Positions 52,030-64,000 of a stretch of 64,000 bases of DNA are shown piece after piece; the first letter of the stretch is position 1; the number at the start of each line of letters is the position of its first letter. The notes beneath the pieces are model-generated. The model was not told the DNA's origin, ran no database searches, and worked only from the letters and a program-made list of their open reading frames with translations. The position numbers were made by a program, and so were the translations under genes. The DNA is taken from NCBI RefSeq assembly GCF_018350175.1, contig NC_058368.1, forward strand, positions 73,162,001 to 73,226,000, in the 5' to 3' direction. The DNA comes from Felis catus (Eukaryota).

Positions 52030-52385
52030 GGGAATTCCCAGCCTCAGTTCCAGAGAAGTTATGGTCATGTGACTGGATTCTGACCAACGAGATGTGAGCG
52101 GAAGTGACGGGTTCAACTTCCTGGTCACATTCTTCAGAGGAAGTTGCCTATCTTCACTTCTCCGTCTTGTCTTCCCTGTGAGCTGAAAGTAATGGTGTGA
52201 GCAGCTTTGGCAGCACAGACAGGAACACACCCCGGGAATAAAGTACCGAGATAGAAGTAACTTGGTCAGAACAGCCAACCTGTCCTTGACTGCTGCACTT
52301 TGGATGACAGAGAAAGAAGCCTTTGTTTGAGCCACTGTACTTCGTGTGAATTCCTCACAGCTTAGTCTCTCTACTAGCTTATGGA
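52030..52385 (+). mobile_element. MaLR LTR, MLT1-like
   Basis: GGTCATGTGACTGGATTCTGACCAACGAGATGTGAGCGGAAGTGA and TTTGAGCCACTG motifs. Confidence 0.7.
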
Positions 52386-53131
52386 CCGGTCTACAATTAA
52401 TAACAACACATTTATATTTGAGGTACTTACGTTAAAAGGATAAAGAACACAAGTACATCACTTATAACCTATCACTTTATTCACAGCCTGTGATTTGATT
52501 CTCCTTTCCATTCACTGAAGCGGCTACTGATCTCTTAGCTGCTTTTTATAAACTCTCTTGCTTATCTCATTGTCAGATCTTACTCCCTTTGTCTCCTTCT
52601 CTGTCCTGCTCCCTGCCCATCAGATGTAACCCATGACAGTTTAGAGCTTAGGACCATGACAATAAAGCTTTGATCACTGAAAGGAGAAGAAAGACAGAGT
52701 GCAAAGTGTTGGGAAGAAAGAGTAGGTCAGAAAGAGGAAAAGAAGACCAATGTGTACACCGGGACCTCCGTGTCTATATTTACCTTGTAAACTTTTTCCA
52801 GAAAGATGGTGCCTTTTGTCGTTTGCACACTTACTCCTTCTCTATTTTCCTGTTAACAATTATTATCACTTTTTAAGGAATAATTCTAAATTTCACACGA
52901 TGGTACTACACATTAGTACCATTTTCTTCCTCTCCCCATGTTCCCACACTGGCTGGTGGCACAGAAAACCTCTGCTCCCCTCCCCTGGAGGGAACAGTCT
53001 GGAAAGGTAACCCCAGTCCTTCTCTCTGCCCCCTCCCAATTTCTTAATGAAGAAAAGAATGACCTAAGTGGCCCAGCCCCTTCTCTCTTTTTATTTGCAT
53101 CTGCCTGCCTGCAAAAGGTTTGCAGACTCCT

Positions 53132-53375
53132 GGGGCCCCTGGGTGGCGGCTCAGTCGGTTGAGCTTCCAACTTCAGCTCAGGTCGTGACCTTGCAGTTCG
53201 TGAGTTGGAGCTCTACATCAGGCTGGCTGCTGTCAGTGCAGAACCCACTTCAGATCCTCTATCCTCCTCTCTCTGCCCCTCCCCCATGCGCACCCACTTT
53301 CTCTCTCTCTCTCTCTCTCGCTCTCGCTCTCTCTCTCTCTCTCTCTAAAATGAATAAACATTTTTTAAAAATTTT
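53132..53375 (+). mobile_element. Can-SINE
   Basis: SINEC; TSD CAGACTCCT. Confidence 0.92.
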
Positions 53376-53559
53376 TTTCAGACTCCTGTCCTTCAGCTCC
53401 TCTCTGTGGAAAGCATTGTCTTCTAGAAGCAGGTCTGGAGCTCGGACTCTCTCTGTACTCCTTAGGGGGCTTGGAGCAGACACCATCAGTGCCCCATATA
53501 GATCCCTTTCATCCTGCCATATCAGCATGTTCTGTTTGATTTCCAGTGTCCGGTATCTC

Positions 53560-53900
53560 CATCTCTGACCCTGAGGAATTTTTGTCCACATGGAAGTCCC
53601 CTCTGTCCAGGTACTCATAGAAAAGCTTGGGCATTAACGCTCCCTAGGAGAATTTCTCTGTGTTCTCCATGATGAAACACCCCAGCTCTCTTACCTCTTA
53701 GGAGGGTTAATGATGAGGCATGTGTTTTCCATCCTTTCCCAGAGCTTCCCTGTGGGATTAAGACAGTCTCCCACTGGGATTGTTGGCTATCAACATACTA
53801 TTGGCCCTCTCCCCTTCCCCGTATCCATTCCTCATTCATCTGCTATATTCTTTCCCCAATAAACTACTTCTACTACAACCTCTGTAAAAACTCAACTCAA
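53560..53900 (+). mobile_element. ERVL LTR fragment (LTR16-like)
   Basis: CCCAGAGCTTCCCTGTGGGATTAAG...TATTGGCCCTCTCCCCTTCCC...CCAATAAACTACTT. Confidence 0.6.
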
Positions 53901-55464
53901 TACAGGTTGAAGAGAGAAAACAGGGGTTCTGGATACATGTGCCTCACTTACAGAATCAAACTCTTCCTTGAGTGCTCATTGAAGTTTCCAGATGTGAAGG
54001 TAATATTCAGTGAGACCAATTATTGTCCACAGGTTATGTTTTGCTCCCCAAAACAACCTCATCAGTAATGAAACTAATATTTATTTCTATCTTTCTAGTT
54101 TGTGTGGCCATATTCCCTGATTGAATCTGAACTCAGAAGTGGAGAAAAGAGGCAGGATTAATTCCTACCTTGTAGGACCCCCAAATACTAGAAAATAATA
54201 TGTGAGAAAAATCCCCATCTTTGTTCCTATCATGTTCAGAGAGTATAATCATAAAACAGTGAAGAACCTGCCAAGAGATACAGGAAAAGCAGATGAATTC
54301 CCCTGAGTTCTCAGAAATATGAGCTTCTCTTGGCAAAATGCCACAAAGCTTCGTTTCTCACCTAAAGGAACTTTATCTCAGCCCATATGGATTAAATATG
54401 CCTTGCAGTAAAACCCCAATTTCCTCCACAACCTCAGTAAGAAAACAGGAGACCCTTCTCTGCATCCTCCGAGGCAGGTGGAAGTTGACCTTAAACAAGC
54501 AGGATTGGCCTTGAATAATTGGAAGGGCTCTACAGATGGTCTATCATATCAATGTCTCTAGACCCTTACAACCATCCCCCCTATTTAAAAACATACCAAA
54601 CCTTCTTTAGCATGATTTACATTAATATGAATTAAATATATTGACTAAAACCAAATCAAAGCAATGGCAACTTTTTTAGACTACTTCAAACTACACTCCG
54701 CTTTCTCCCCATTAACCCAAAATTCTCTTATGCCTTACCCTGAGGAAGTGTACCCCAATTGAAAACCATTGCTGTCTATGGTTTGAAGTGTTCTCAAGGG
54801 AAACTGTCTTTTCTGTAAATAGGATCCTGTTCCTTAATCCCTAGAACTCTTAAATATGACAACACTGGATATACCATTTTTTAATTTACAGGAGAAATTT
54901 GTCACTGAACTTTCTCAACTTGGGAAGAGACTTCTATAGTCAAAAATTCAGAATATTATTTATCCCAGACAACAGTTCACTTTCTAAAATTTGTAGAAAT
55001 GGGGAATAAGAATTAACATGATCGAATACATGCCTAGTGAGAAGAGGTGCATCCCTCTGCACAATGAGCTGTGTATGGTCAGCTCAGCAACCGCCAATGC
55101 CCCATTCCAAACTTACCTGGAGAAGCCAGGAACCCACTTCCCAAAACACCTTTTCTGTGTGGCTTCAGGTTAGTTCTCTCTAATGAGAGGCCCTCAAATG
55201 AATTTGGAAGCAGAAGAGGAAAGGCCAGTTCTCTGAAGGCAATTGCTGGCCAGTGCAAGATTCAGGGTGGTTTCTTGGTGCCTCTGTGAGAACCATGCCT
55301 CTACTAAGAATCCTAGTCAACTCTTGAGAGTGCCCACTTCAGTGCTTCAGGCTAAGATAATGGGTAAGAGTTTACCTGACTTTGAGTTCCAGCTTTTCCA
55401 ACAGCCCTAAATCCCCAATTCCCATTTTAAGACACTTGGTTTTTGTTTTTCAGGCTTATTATTA

Positions 55465-55622
55465 TTATTATTATTATTATTATTTATTTTTGATAGAGAG
55501 AGTGTGACAGAGGGGCAGAGAAAGAGGGAGACAGAGCATCAGAAGCAGGAGCTCGAACTCACAAACCATGAGATCATGACCTAAACGAAAACCAAGAGTC
55601 AAGTGTTCAACCTACTGAGCCC
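55465..55622 (-). mobile_element. Truncated Can-SINE with (TAT)n tail
   Basis: GAGCTCGAACTCACAAACCATGAGATCATGACC. Confidence 0.85.
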
Positions 55623-55640
55623 TAAAACACTTTGAAATCT

Positions 55641-55800
55641 GGGGCACCTGGGTGTCTCAGTCAGTTGAGTGTCCAACTTCAATTCAGGTTATGATCTCAG
55701 GATTCACTCATTGCTATCATCAGGGAGCCCACTTCAGATCCTGTCTCCCCCTCTGTCTGTCCCTCCCCTGCTCATTCTCTCAAAAATAAATAAACCTTTA
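55641..55800 (+). mobile_element. Can-SINE
   Basis: SINEC; TSD CACTTTGAAATC. Confidence 0.88.
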
Positions 55801-56015
55801 AATCACTTTGAAATCAGAATGCATCAAATGGCTTCAGTTTTCCTGATTTATTTTCTCTGCCTAGGATCTAAGCCTTTACAGGTAATTGGTATCTGTTGAT
55901 AAAGAATTTTCATTGAGTTTGTGATGGTTTATTTGATATCTAAATATCTAGTATGACAATGAGACCTTCAATCCAGGATCCACATGTTTTATTACACACT
56001 GTGGAATATAAACTC

Positions 56016-56156
56016 GGGGCACCTGGGTGTCTCAGTTGATTGAGACTCTGACTCTTGATTTTGGCTCAGGTCACAGTCTCTTGGTTCATGGGATCCAGGC
56101 CCGTGTTGGGCTCTGCACTGACAGCACAGAGCCTGCTTGGGATTCTCTCTCTCTCT

Positions 56157-56205
<49 letters not shown>

Positions 56206-56250
56206 TCCCTCCCCTGCTCACACACTCTCTCTCTCTCTCAAAATAAATAT
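56016..56250 (+). mobile_element. Can-SINE (host of a nested insertion)
   Basis: SINEC with (CT)n; outer TSD AATATAAACT. Confidence 0.92.
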
Positions 56251-56257
56251 TTTTTTT

Positions 56258-56485
56258 CTTTTTTAATTTTTTTTTTCAACGTTTTTTTAATTTATTTTTG
56301 GGACAGAGAGAGACAGAGCATGAACGGGGGAGGGGCAGAGAGAGAGGGAGACACAGAATCGGAAACAGGCTCCAGGCTCCAAGCCATCAGCCCAGAGCCT
56401 GACGCGGGGCTCGAACTCCCGGACCCGCGAGATCGTGACCTGGCTGAAGTCGGACGCTTAACCGACTGCGCCACCCAGGCGCCCC
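56258..56485 (-). mobile_element. Young SINEC_Fc-type SINE inserted in the tail of the preceding SINE
   Basis: CpG-intact; TSD AATAAATATTTTTTT. Confidence 0.95.
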
Positions 56486-58859
56486 AATAAATATTTTTTT
56501 TAAATAAATAAAAATATAAACTATATGAACAGAGATTATTTCTTCCTATAAGTATTCGCTGAGCAACCTACCCAAAACGGACTTCCGACAGGCACTTTGA
56601 ATTGATAAAAACTACTTAGTTGGGCTTATTTCTTATATTTCCTCAAAAAAGAGGTTCATAAAATCAAATTCAATTCTTATATAAGAAAATTCATGGGATT
56701 ATTTTACTTGTAAACCAAAATTTCCTGTCATTAACTTACAATGTGTCTTTTGTAAAGCAATTTATCAAAATTAATGTAAAAATTGCAATTCAAAAAAATG
56801 TGTCATATATACAAACATTTAGATAACAAAGTAAATGAAGAAAAGTGCCAACTCAGAGAACTTACACTCCAACAAATAAATAACACAAGTTTGTTGGGCC
56901 ATAAATTTCTAGAGGTCAAAAATCGAAGCTACTTAACTTGCTTAATACAGCACCCTAATAATCTCGATGTATACATGTTTAATTATTTATGTCCTGAATA
57001 TGTGATTTCCACAAAAATTTAGATTCTGAAGATTACACTATGAGAAAAATATACCATTTCTTTGTCCACAACAATAGACATTCTCATGAACATTTACAAT
57101 TTTGTAGATTTAAGTGCACATAATTGAATTGCTGTCCATGCAGGTGTGAAAAATGTTTAAAATACTGTGTTTGAACATTAATTTGGTTTAATGTACTATT
57201 GGCATCTGGACAATAATGCACTTATACTTTATTACTTGTCTGAATGACATAAATAATAGAATATATACACGTATGTATAATGGCTCAAGATAACTATTAC
57301 TTAGCATTAACTGTGTTTTTTTTAAGATAACCATAGCAATAAACAATACATAAGTACTTAATAAAGCATACCCAGGCCAATATTTTAGGTTATGTTTAAG
57401 GAATGTATAACCTGGATAAAATTGGAATAAAAATATACAAAAATCATATTTTAACTTCAATATCAACCACTTTCCTTCGATCAGGATATTGTTCAAGGTC
57501 TGATACACATTAGGTTATTTTTTTTTAGCTTTTTAAATAAGCACATACTTTAGGTAACCATTTCCAAGTTTGGGGATGTGTTTGTTTTGAAGCTCCATTA
57601 GTAAATTGAGTATGATATCTTATTCCATTAAAGCAATATTTTAACATAAGATTTTAAAATATGTTCAGATAGTGGAAAGGGGGAAGTCTTGATGCATAGT
57701 ACAGAGACACATGATAAACTGTTATAGCAAACTTAGGTCACTAAACATAATACTGATACAATCTTTATTAGGTTACAGTATGAACATTGGCAGTAGCAGG
57801 CACCAAAATCTCAAGTTGAATTTAGGAGAAAAAATAAAATTCAAAACAAAATCCATCAACAATATTTTAGTTTTATTTCCTACACAATGGGGAAAAAACA
57901 CCACTAGTTACAGAAAATGTGATCATTTATTCCTTGAACCCTGAAACTAAAAAGGCAGCTAAACAAGGGAGCATGAGACTACTAAAATGCAAGCTATATT
58001 CTATGTACCAAGCCAGTGCCCTAGGCATCAGCTCTTCTAATTGGTTCATTCTGGGGCTGACTTTTCATCATTGGTCCTCCAAAGGCAGTTCATTTTTCTA
58101 ATTGGTCAGCCCAGAGGGTATGCTTTTTCTGACTGGTCAGCCTAAAGGGGGTGCCTTTTTGCTAAGTGGTCCATCTACAGGAGATTTTTTTTTCTGATTT
58201 GCACAGAGCACTGGACTCTTGGCCTTCCTGACTAGTACATGTAAGACGAAGGAGACCCATGAGAAGTTCCCACGAGAGCAAGGAGACTCTTCTCTAGAGA
58301 AGAGAATGTTGAGACACATACAATTGATTGAAGATCAGATTCAGAAGGAATGGTTAAGTTTTGAATACAGTATGGAGTTTGAAATTTAGATTATGGGTCA
58401 TTTTCCACCCTGTTCTAATTGGTTAGCCCAGAGGATAATGTGCCTGATGATATTCTAAATAAATTATTGGTCTTTTCTTAAAACCTGAGTGCTAATCACT
58501 GGATATATTAAAATCTTTGTACCAGAGTCCATTCTCAAGCACCACATCTCTCCAACCTGTTATACGTTGATTTCTGCACATGCAAACATGCAAAGTCAGC
58601 ATTGGATGGCAGTCAACCAAAAGCAGAGTAGACCGCTGGTCTGTATCTAATGTATTTGAGGATTAATAGTTCTATTTATTTTCAAAATATTTGCAAATCT
58701 GTATCATGCATGCCTTGATTTTACCTCCAGCATGTAACCAGCTAATTCATTAGAAATTGGGCCAATCTCTATGTGTGTTAGAAAATCTGCATCCCTAGAA
58801 AATTTCAGCTGTGTCTACGTGAGACTAACCAATGAAAGTTTAAAACTTCCAACTATCTC

Positions 58860-58862
<3 letters not shown>

Positions 58863-58913
<51 letters not shown>
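58863..58913. repeat. (TC)n microsatellite
   Basis: Direct observation. Confidence 0.97.
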
Positions 58914-58916
<3 letters not shown>

Positions 58917-59289
58917 ATGTAACTTGCATATGAACACACACATACACAAAACTATTGGAGCTTAATTTTTCCTTATGACCATTTTTGTCACGTCTAAAAA
59001 GTAACTAAGGGACACAGTGCTGCCTGCAGAAAGGGATTTTATGGTTTTTTGGAAATACTGGCTTCAAGAAAGTAAGGATGTGGTGCGGTCTGGACCATTT
59101 CCACAAAATGGGGCTGAGTAAAATCCTATCAAGTTGGGTTTTTAAATAGTTTTTCCAAGGCCAACACAACATTTCTCATACTCCTCTCCACTACCTCCAC
59201 CCACATTGGAATTATGGAAAATGAGCAAGTTAACCAGCAAGTCGTGAGTTCAATGCTTCGTTAACCCTTTGCACTCAACAATGTTATAT

Positions 59290-59940
59290 TTGTATGTTGA
59301 AAATTAGGTTCTTATGGAAAAACATCATAAATTGCATTGTTATCTTAAGTTATTCATTTATTTGCTGTTCAATTATCCCAACAATTTTTAAGCTCTGTCT
59401 TTTAATCATCCATCTATTAAAATTCCTATTGTTTTTATTATCTTTATGTCCTTGGTTTCTGTATTATTTTCTTTTTATGATTATTATCCACATTTAAAAG
59501 TAATGTTCTAGACTATGGTGTGTTGAAACTTCCATATGGCCTGGTGCATGGTTCATTTTTTACTCTCTGATAACTCTTAAGACTTTCTCTTTCTCTTATG
59601 ATCTGCAGTTTCTCTGTGACGTGTTTATGGGTAGATTTATTTTTATTCAGCCTTCTTTATATAGTGCATGATCTTCTTCAATTCCCAAATTCTTCATATT
59701 TACTTCTTCAGATATTTATTCTTTGCATTCTCTCCTTTCTGTTTTTCCTGGAAATTCTAACATGGAAAATATTGATCCCTTCTTACTTTATGTGCTTGGT
59801 TCATGATTTCTTGCAAGTGTTTAATGTGAGTTATGGTTTTATTTCTCTATTTAAGCATCTTAAACATACTCACATTGAAATCTCTGTCAGATTACCCTAT
59901 GAAATAAATGTTGTATGGATTATATTCACATTCTGATTGG
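59290..59940 (-). mobile_element. Old L1 fragment
   Basis: T-rich antisense L1-like sequence (TCTGCAGTTTCTCTGTGACGTGTTTATGGGTAGATTTATTTTTATT). Confidence 0.6.
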
Positions 59941-60309
59941 TGATTTTGTTAGTGGTCTTTCTCAGCATATGATTCAAATGTGTGTTGGAATTCAGGCTTT
60001 CAGAAGGTGGGCAGGACGATTTTTGTTTAGATTTTTGTTTCTCCTCTCTGTTTTCCCTCATTCTGCCTAATGGCTACCTCCTTGCAGCACTTGCCAGGAC
60101 CGCTGTCCAAACCAGAACCAATGGCATTGTTGGTGCTCACAAGCTACAGTGATACATAGGATACTGTACATTAAATCCCCAATGCAGTACTTGACCATGA
60201 AAACTTACCTAGTATGGCAGCGTAGTTGCTATCTGGAATATTTCCAGTAACTGTGGCAGGAAGAGAAAGAGCTTGAAAAAGCACCCTGGCTTTAAAAGCT
60301 TCATCTTAA

Positions 60310-60510
60310 GGGTGCCTGGGTGGCTCAGTCAGTTAAGTATCTGACTTCAGCTCAGGTCATGATCTCCTGGTTTATTGGTTCAAGCCCCACATCGGGCTCT
60401 GCACTGACAATGCAGAGCCTGATTGGGATTCTCTCCCTCCTTCTCTTTGCCCCTCCTCCACTTGCTTTCTCTCTCTCTCTCTCAAAATAAATAAATGAAC
60501 TTAAAAAAGA
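60310..60510 (+). mobile_element. Can-SINE inside an MLT1 relic
   Basis: SINEC head and tail; MLT1 motif AGAAGTGACACACACCATTTCTGCTCAC follows. Confidence 0.9.
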
Positions 60511-60957
60511 AATAAAAATCTTCTTCCTAGAAGTGACACACACCATTTCTGCTCACACTGCCTGTTGTGATTCTTATGACCACACCTGGGTCTGACAATG
60601 TGGTATAGTACAACCCTCTCACAAGATGGAAAACCAGAGATTGGCCACTAGTAATACAACAAACATATCAGGTTTGTCCACTGACACCAAATATCTGTTT
60701 TCCTCTTCTTTCTCATGGCAGAGTACCTTCAATCCCTCTCCAAGGGAGATATTCAAAACCTTTGTCCAATCACTGCTCAAAGCCAGGATGTCTGAGTGAT
60801 ATACAATAGTTTCCACATCAGATCTAGATGTGGCTTTTCTTGATCTGGAGACTCAGGAACTAGAGAGACACAGGTTTGTTTCTCACACTTGCAAAAGATA
60901 GTGGGAAAGGATAATACTGGTACACTCTCTTACACTGAAAGAGGGAAAAGAGAGAGA

Positions 60958-60961
<4 letters not shown>

Positions 60962-60998
<37 letters not shown>
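60962..60998. repeat. (CA)n microsatellite
   Basis: Direct observation. Confidence 0.95.
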
Positions 60999-60999
<1 letters not shown>

Positions 61000-61159
61000 G
61001 AGAAAGTCACCAGTAAATAGCAAATTCAAGATTCTGCTGAGGAGAGGCCACGAGGGCCTCATATTCTGGGGGTGGGTTATGCTCTGCTCTCTGGGAGTAC
61101 CTCCCAGCCCACCACTCTCCATGCCCCTTGGCTCAACTCAACACAAGTCCCCTTTTTTC

Positions 61160-61384
61160 CTTTTTATTTCTTTTTTTTATGTTTATTCATTTTGAGAGAG
61201 AGAGAGAAAGAAAGAGAGAATGAGTGGGGAAGGGGCACAGAGAGAGGGAGAGAGAGAATCCCAAGCAGGCTCCACACTGTCAGCACAGAGCCCAATGCAG
61301 GGCTCGAACCCATGACTGTGGGATCATGACCTGAGCCAATATCAAGAGTCAAATGCTCAACCAACTGGGCTTCCCAGGAGCCCC
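61160..61384 (-). mobile_element. Can-SINE
   Basis: Reverse SINEC. Confidence 0.92.
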
Positions 61385-61507
61385 AGCAGCTCCCCCTCTT
61401 TATTTTCCTACTACCACCCTTGACTATTACTTGACAGAGCACTGAAGAATACACTTTCCATGAGAACTGAGCTGCTCAGCGTGCTTCCTTCTGGTGGAAA
61501 TACAGGT

Positions 61508-61838
61508 GCTGTTCCAGTCTGTTCAGGCTGCTATGACAGAACACCATAGACTGGATGGCCTATTAACATAAATTTATTTCTCACAGTTGTGGAGGCTAGA
61601 AATCCAAGGTCAAGGTGCTGGCAGTTTCAGTGTCTGGGGAGGGCCTTCTTCCTTATTCATAGACAGCTGTCTTCTCATCGTGTCTTCACATGGCAGAAGG
61701 AGGAAGGGATCTCTCAGGGGTCTCTCTCATAAGGGCATCGATCTCATTCATGAGATCTCTGTTCTCATGGCATAATCACTTTCCAAAAGCCCACCTCTAG
61801 ATACCATCACATTGGGGATTAGGTTTCAAAATATGAAT
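61508..61838 (-). mobile_element. MaLR LTR, MLT1A-like
   Basis: GGCTGCTATGACAGAACACCATAGACTGG...TTTATTTCTCACAGTT...ATACCATCACATTGGGGATTAGGTTTCAA. Confidence 0.85.
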
Positions 61839-62609
61839 AAATGGCAAGTGTCTAAGTAGTTTATTAAGTACCAATGGTAGTCTCTTTAAGTCCAAGCTGG
61901 TGGCTCTTTGTGTAGCATAATTCCCTCAAAACTTGAGCAGTTTATTGTCTATTTTCTTCCAATCAGTTTTCTTGTCCCACACCAAGCCACCAGTATAAGT
62001 GCAGCTACCTTGTGTTCATAAGGCATCAGTGGGAGAGCCACACACAGTTTCTTTTTCCTGAGCCATTTGTCCAACTAAAAGTATTTACTGGGAGAATGTT
62101 AATCTATCCGGAAATTTTAACAACCAGTGTGACAAACATAGTCTTCATTTGATCCTTACCTTAAGATGGAGTCTTAATTAGTCTTTGACATTCAATGAAT
62201 TTTCTCAATTTTATCTTTTGATGTTTTAGTTTGGGAAGCATTTATCTTTTTAACTACAAGTCCCTGATTATACTGACTCTCTCTATTCTTTTCCATTCTT
62301 GCTTGCAAATCAGCCGATATTGTTCTGATTTTGTCTCTTTCCTATAATAAACTTTCTAACGCAGTCAACAGCAGCCAACACATGCTACTAAATGTGTGTT
62401 TTCCCATAAAGCTACAAATTTATTAGGTATATAATTTGCCTTCTAAGTTAACACAGGCAACCATTTCACTAAGTAATTGGCCACTACATAACATGGATTA
62501 CCATGCTTTTAACCTCTGTTATTAGTTTCCTTGTAAACTAATGCCTAGCCCATGAACCAAAACCACATATTTAAAGTTGTTCCAATGTTGATTCCAATTT
62601 CTTTTTCAA

Positions 62610-62930
62610 TTATATTGATCTGATTACACTGAAGTAATAAATAACCCTAGAATCCCAGTGGCTTAAAACAACAAATGTTTCTTTCTGTGCCACATTTACA
62701 TGTCCATCAAAAGTAGGATGATAGCGCTGATCCCCATCATTATTGTCCTCACTCTGGGTTGCAGGCTGATAAGAAGAGTCACTCTCTGAAACATTACCAA
62801 TACCCAAACCAAAAGGAAAGAAGAGAATGATGAAGCATGTACTGATTCTAAAATCTTCTACCTAAAAGTGACACACATCACTTCTGTTCCCATGGTCACA
62901 CATGATAGGTAAGTATAATCCTATGTCAGG
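62610..62930 (-). mobile_element. MaLR LTR, MLT1J/K-like
   Basis: AATCCCAGTGGCTTAAAACAACAAATGTTTCTTTCT...AAGTGACACACATCACTTCTG. Confidence 0.7.
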
Positions 62931-62989
62931 AATCAGAGCTAGATATTGGTGGAAAATGTTAGAATCTATCATTAAAATCTATCAAGGAA

Positions 62990-64000
62990 AAGAAATATTA
63001 TTATTAAAAGAGATAAAAGCCAAACTTGAAAATTTTAGTAGGGAACTGAAAAATATGAAATGATATATGAGAAGTAGAAATAAAAGTAAATATGCAGGAT
63101 TCTAGAATTTAAACACGCAAGTGAAATTAAGAACTAGAGGTACAGGTTTAAGAGCAGATCAAGCCAGGCTTAAGACTTTGAACAGGAAAAAATAACTACA
63201 TAGCATGTTACATACACAGACAAAGATGTGGCTAAGAATCATTGAGGGTGTAGTAAATTCTCCATTCACAACCATTGTTAAAGAAAGCAACAAATATCAT
63301 CCTCCAGGAAGAAAGAAAATACTCACATAATGGAAAGACAGAGATACTGGAAGAAATGAAGAACAAATAAAGTGATAAGTAAAATATTTAATCTAAGCAA
63401 ATACTCTGAAACAAGTAAGAATAATGTCTTATGGGGTTTATTTTCTATACAAAGAAAAATAAAAATACATGATGGCCATAGTTTTGGGCAGGTACGGGAT
63501 ACATAGAGAAAACGTCTTCTCAGACCCTTATGTTTCCTGAGAGGAGAGGAAAAATATCAATTGCCATTAGACCTCGATAAGTTAAGTATGCAGGTTACAA
63601 CTTCCAGAGTAATAATTAAGTAACAAAAATAGTGTCACTTCAAATAATGGGAAAATATGATCATGAAAATTATCAATACAAAAGAGGTAAAAAGGAAACA
63701 ACAGAAGACATAAAATAGATTCAACAAATAGAATATACATAATAAGGGAGAATTTTAACCCAAATATTTTGCTAATTATATTAAGTATAAATGGATGAAA
63801 AGATCCAGATAAAGACAGAGACATTCTGGTTGGATAAAAAACAATGATAACAACTATAAGTTACTTATAAGAGACATGCAATGTAAGAAATCAGATAGAA
63901 AAAGTAGTGACAATAAAAAAGATGTACAATGTAGACATCAAGCAAGAAAAAGTTTTCCTTCATAATGATAAAAAATACAGTTTATCAGAAACACAAAACA
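62990..64000 (+). mobile_element. Old L1 internal fragment
   Basis: A-rich; AAAGACAGAGACATTCTGGTTGGATAAAAA...TTATAAGAGACA resembles a degenerate ORF2 endonuclease start. Confidence 0.6.

Overview
Mammalian genomic DNA from a cat-family (Felidae) genome, judged by about 25 tRNA-derived Can-SINEs including young SINEC_Fc-type copies. The only protein-coding sequence I can support is the first coding exon of the FGF14-1b (FHF4B) isoform on the minus strand (47507-47714; 69 codons + 1 nt; GTAAGC donor). Everything to its left (1-47506) is the start of the large FGF14 intron 1, and 48.9-64 kb is upstream flank. There are two intronic CpG islands (about 40.2-41.0 kb and 45.5-47.3 kb), a promoter at about 48.2-48.8 kb, and many L1, L2, MIR, MaLR/ERV LTR and DNA-transposon relics. 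Leads worth testing are: (i) a candidate alternative first coding exon in the 40 kb island with a strong-context ATG inside an RFX X-box and a phase-compatible GTGAGT donor; (ii) three head-to-tail uORFs ahead of the weak-context FGF14-1b ATG, preceded by a strong 3' splice-acceptor signal; (iii) an in-frame read-through of exon 1b ending on an AATAAA. All are hypotheses from sequence alone. No prokaryote-type system (CRISPR, operon) is present. Repeat subfamily names were assigned by eye and need RepeatMasker/Dfam confirmation.
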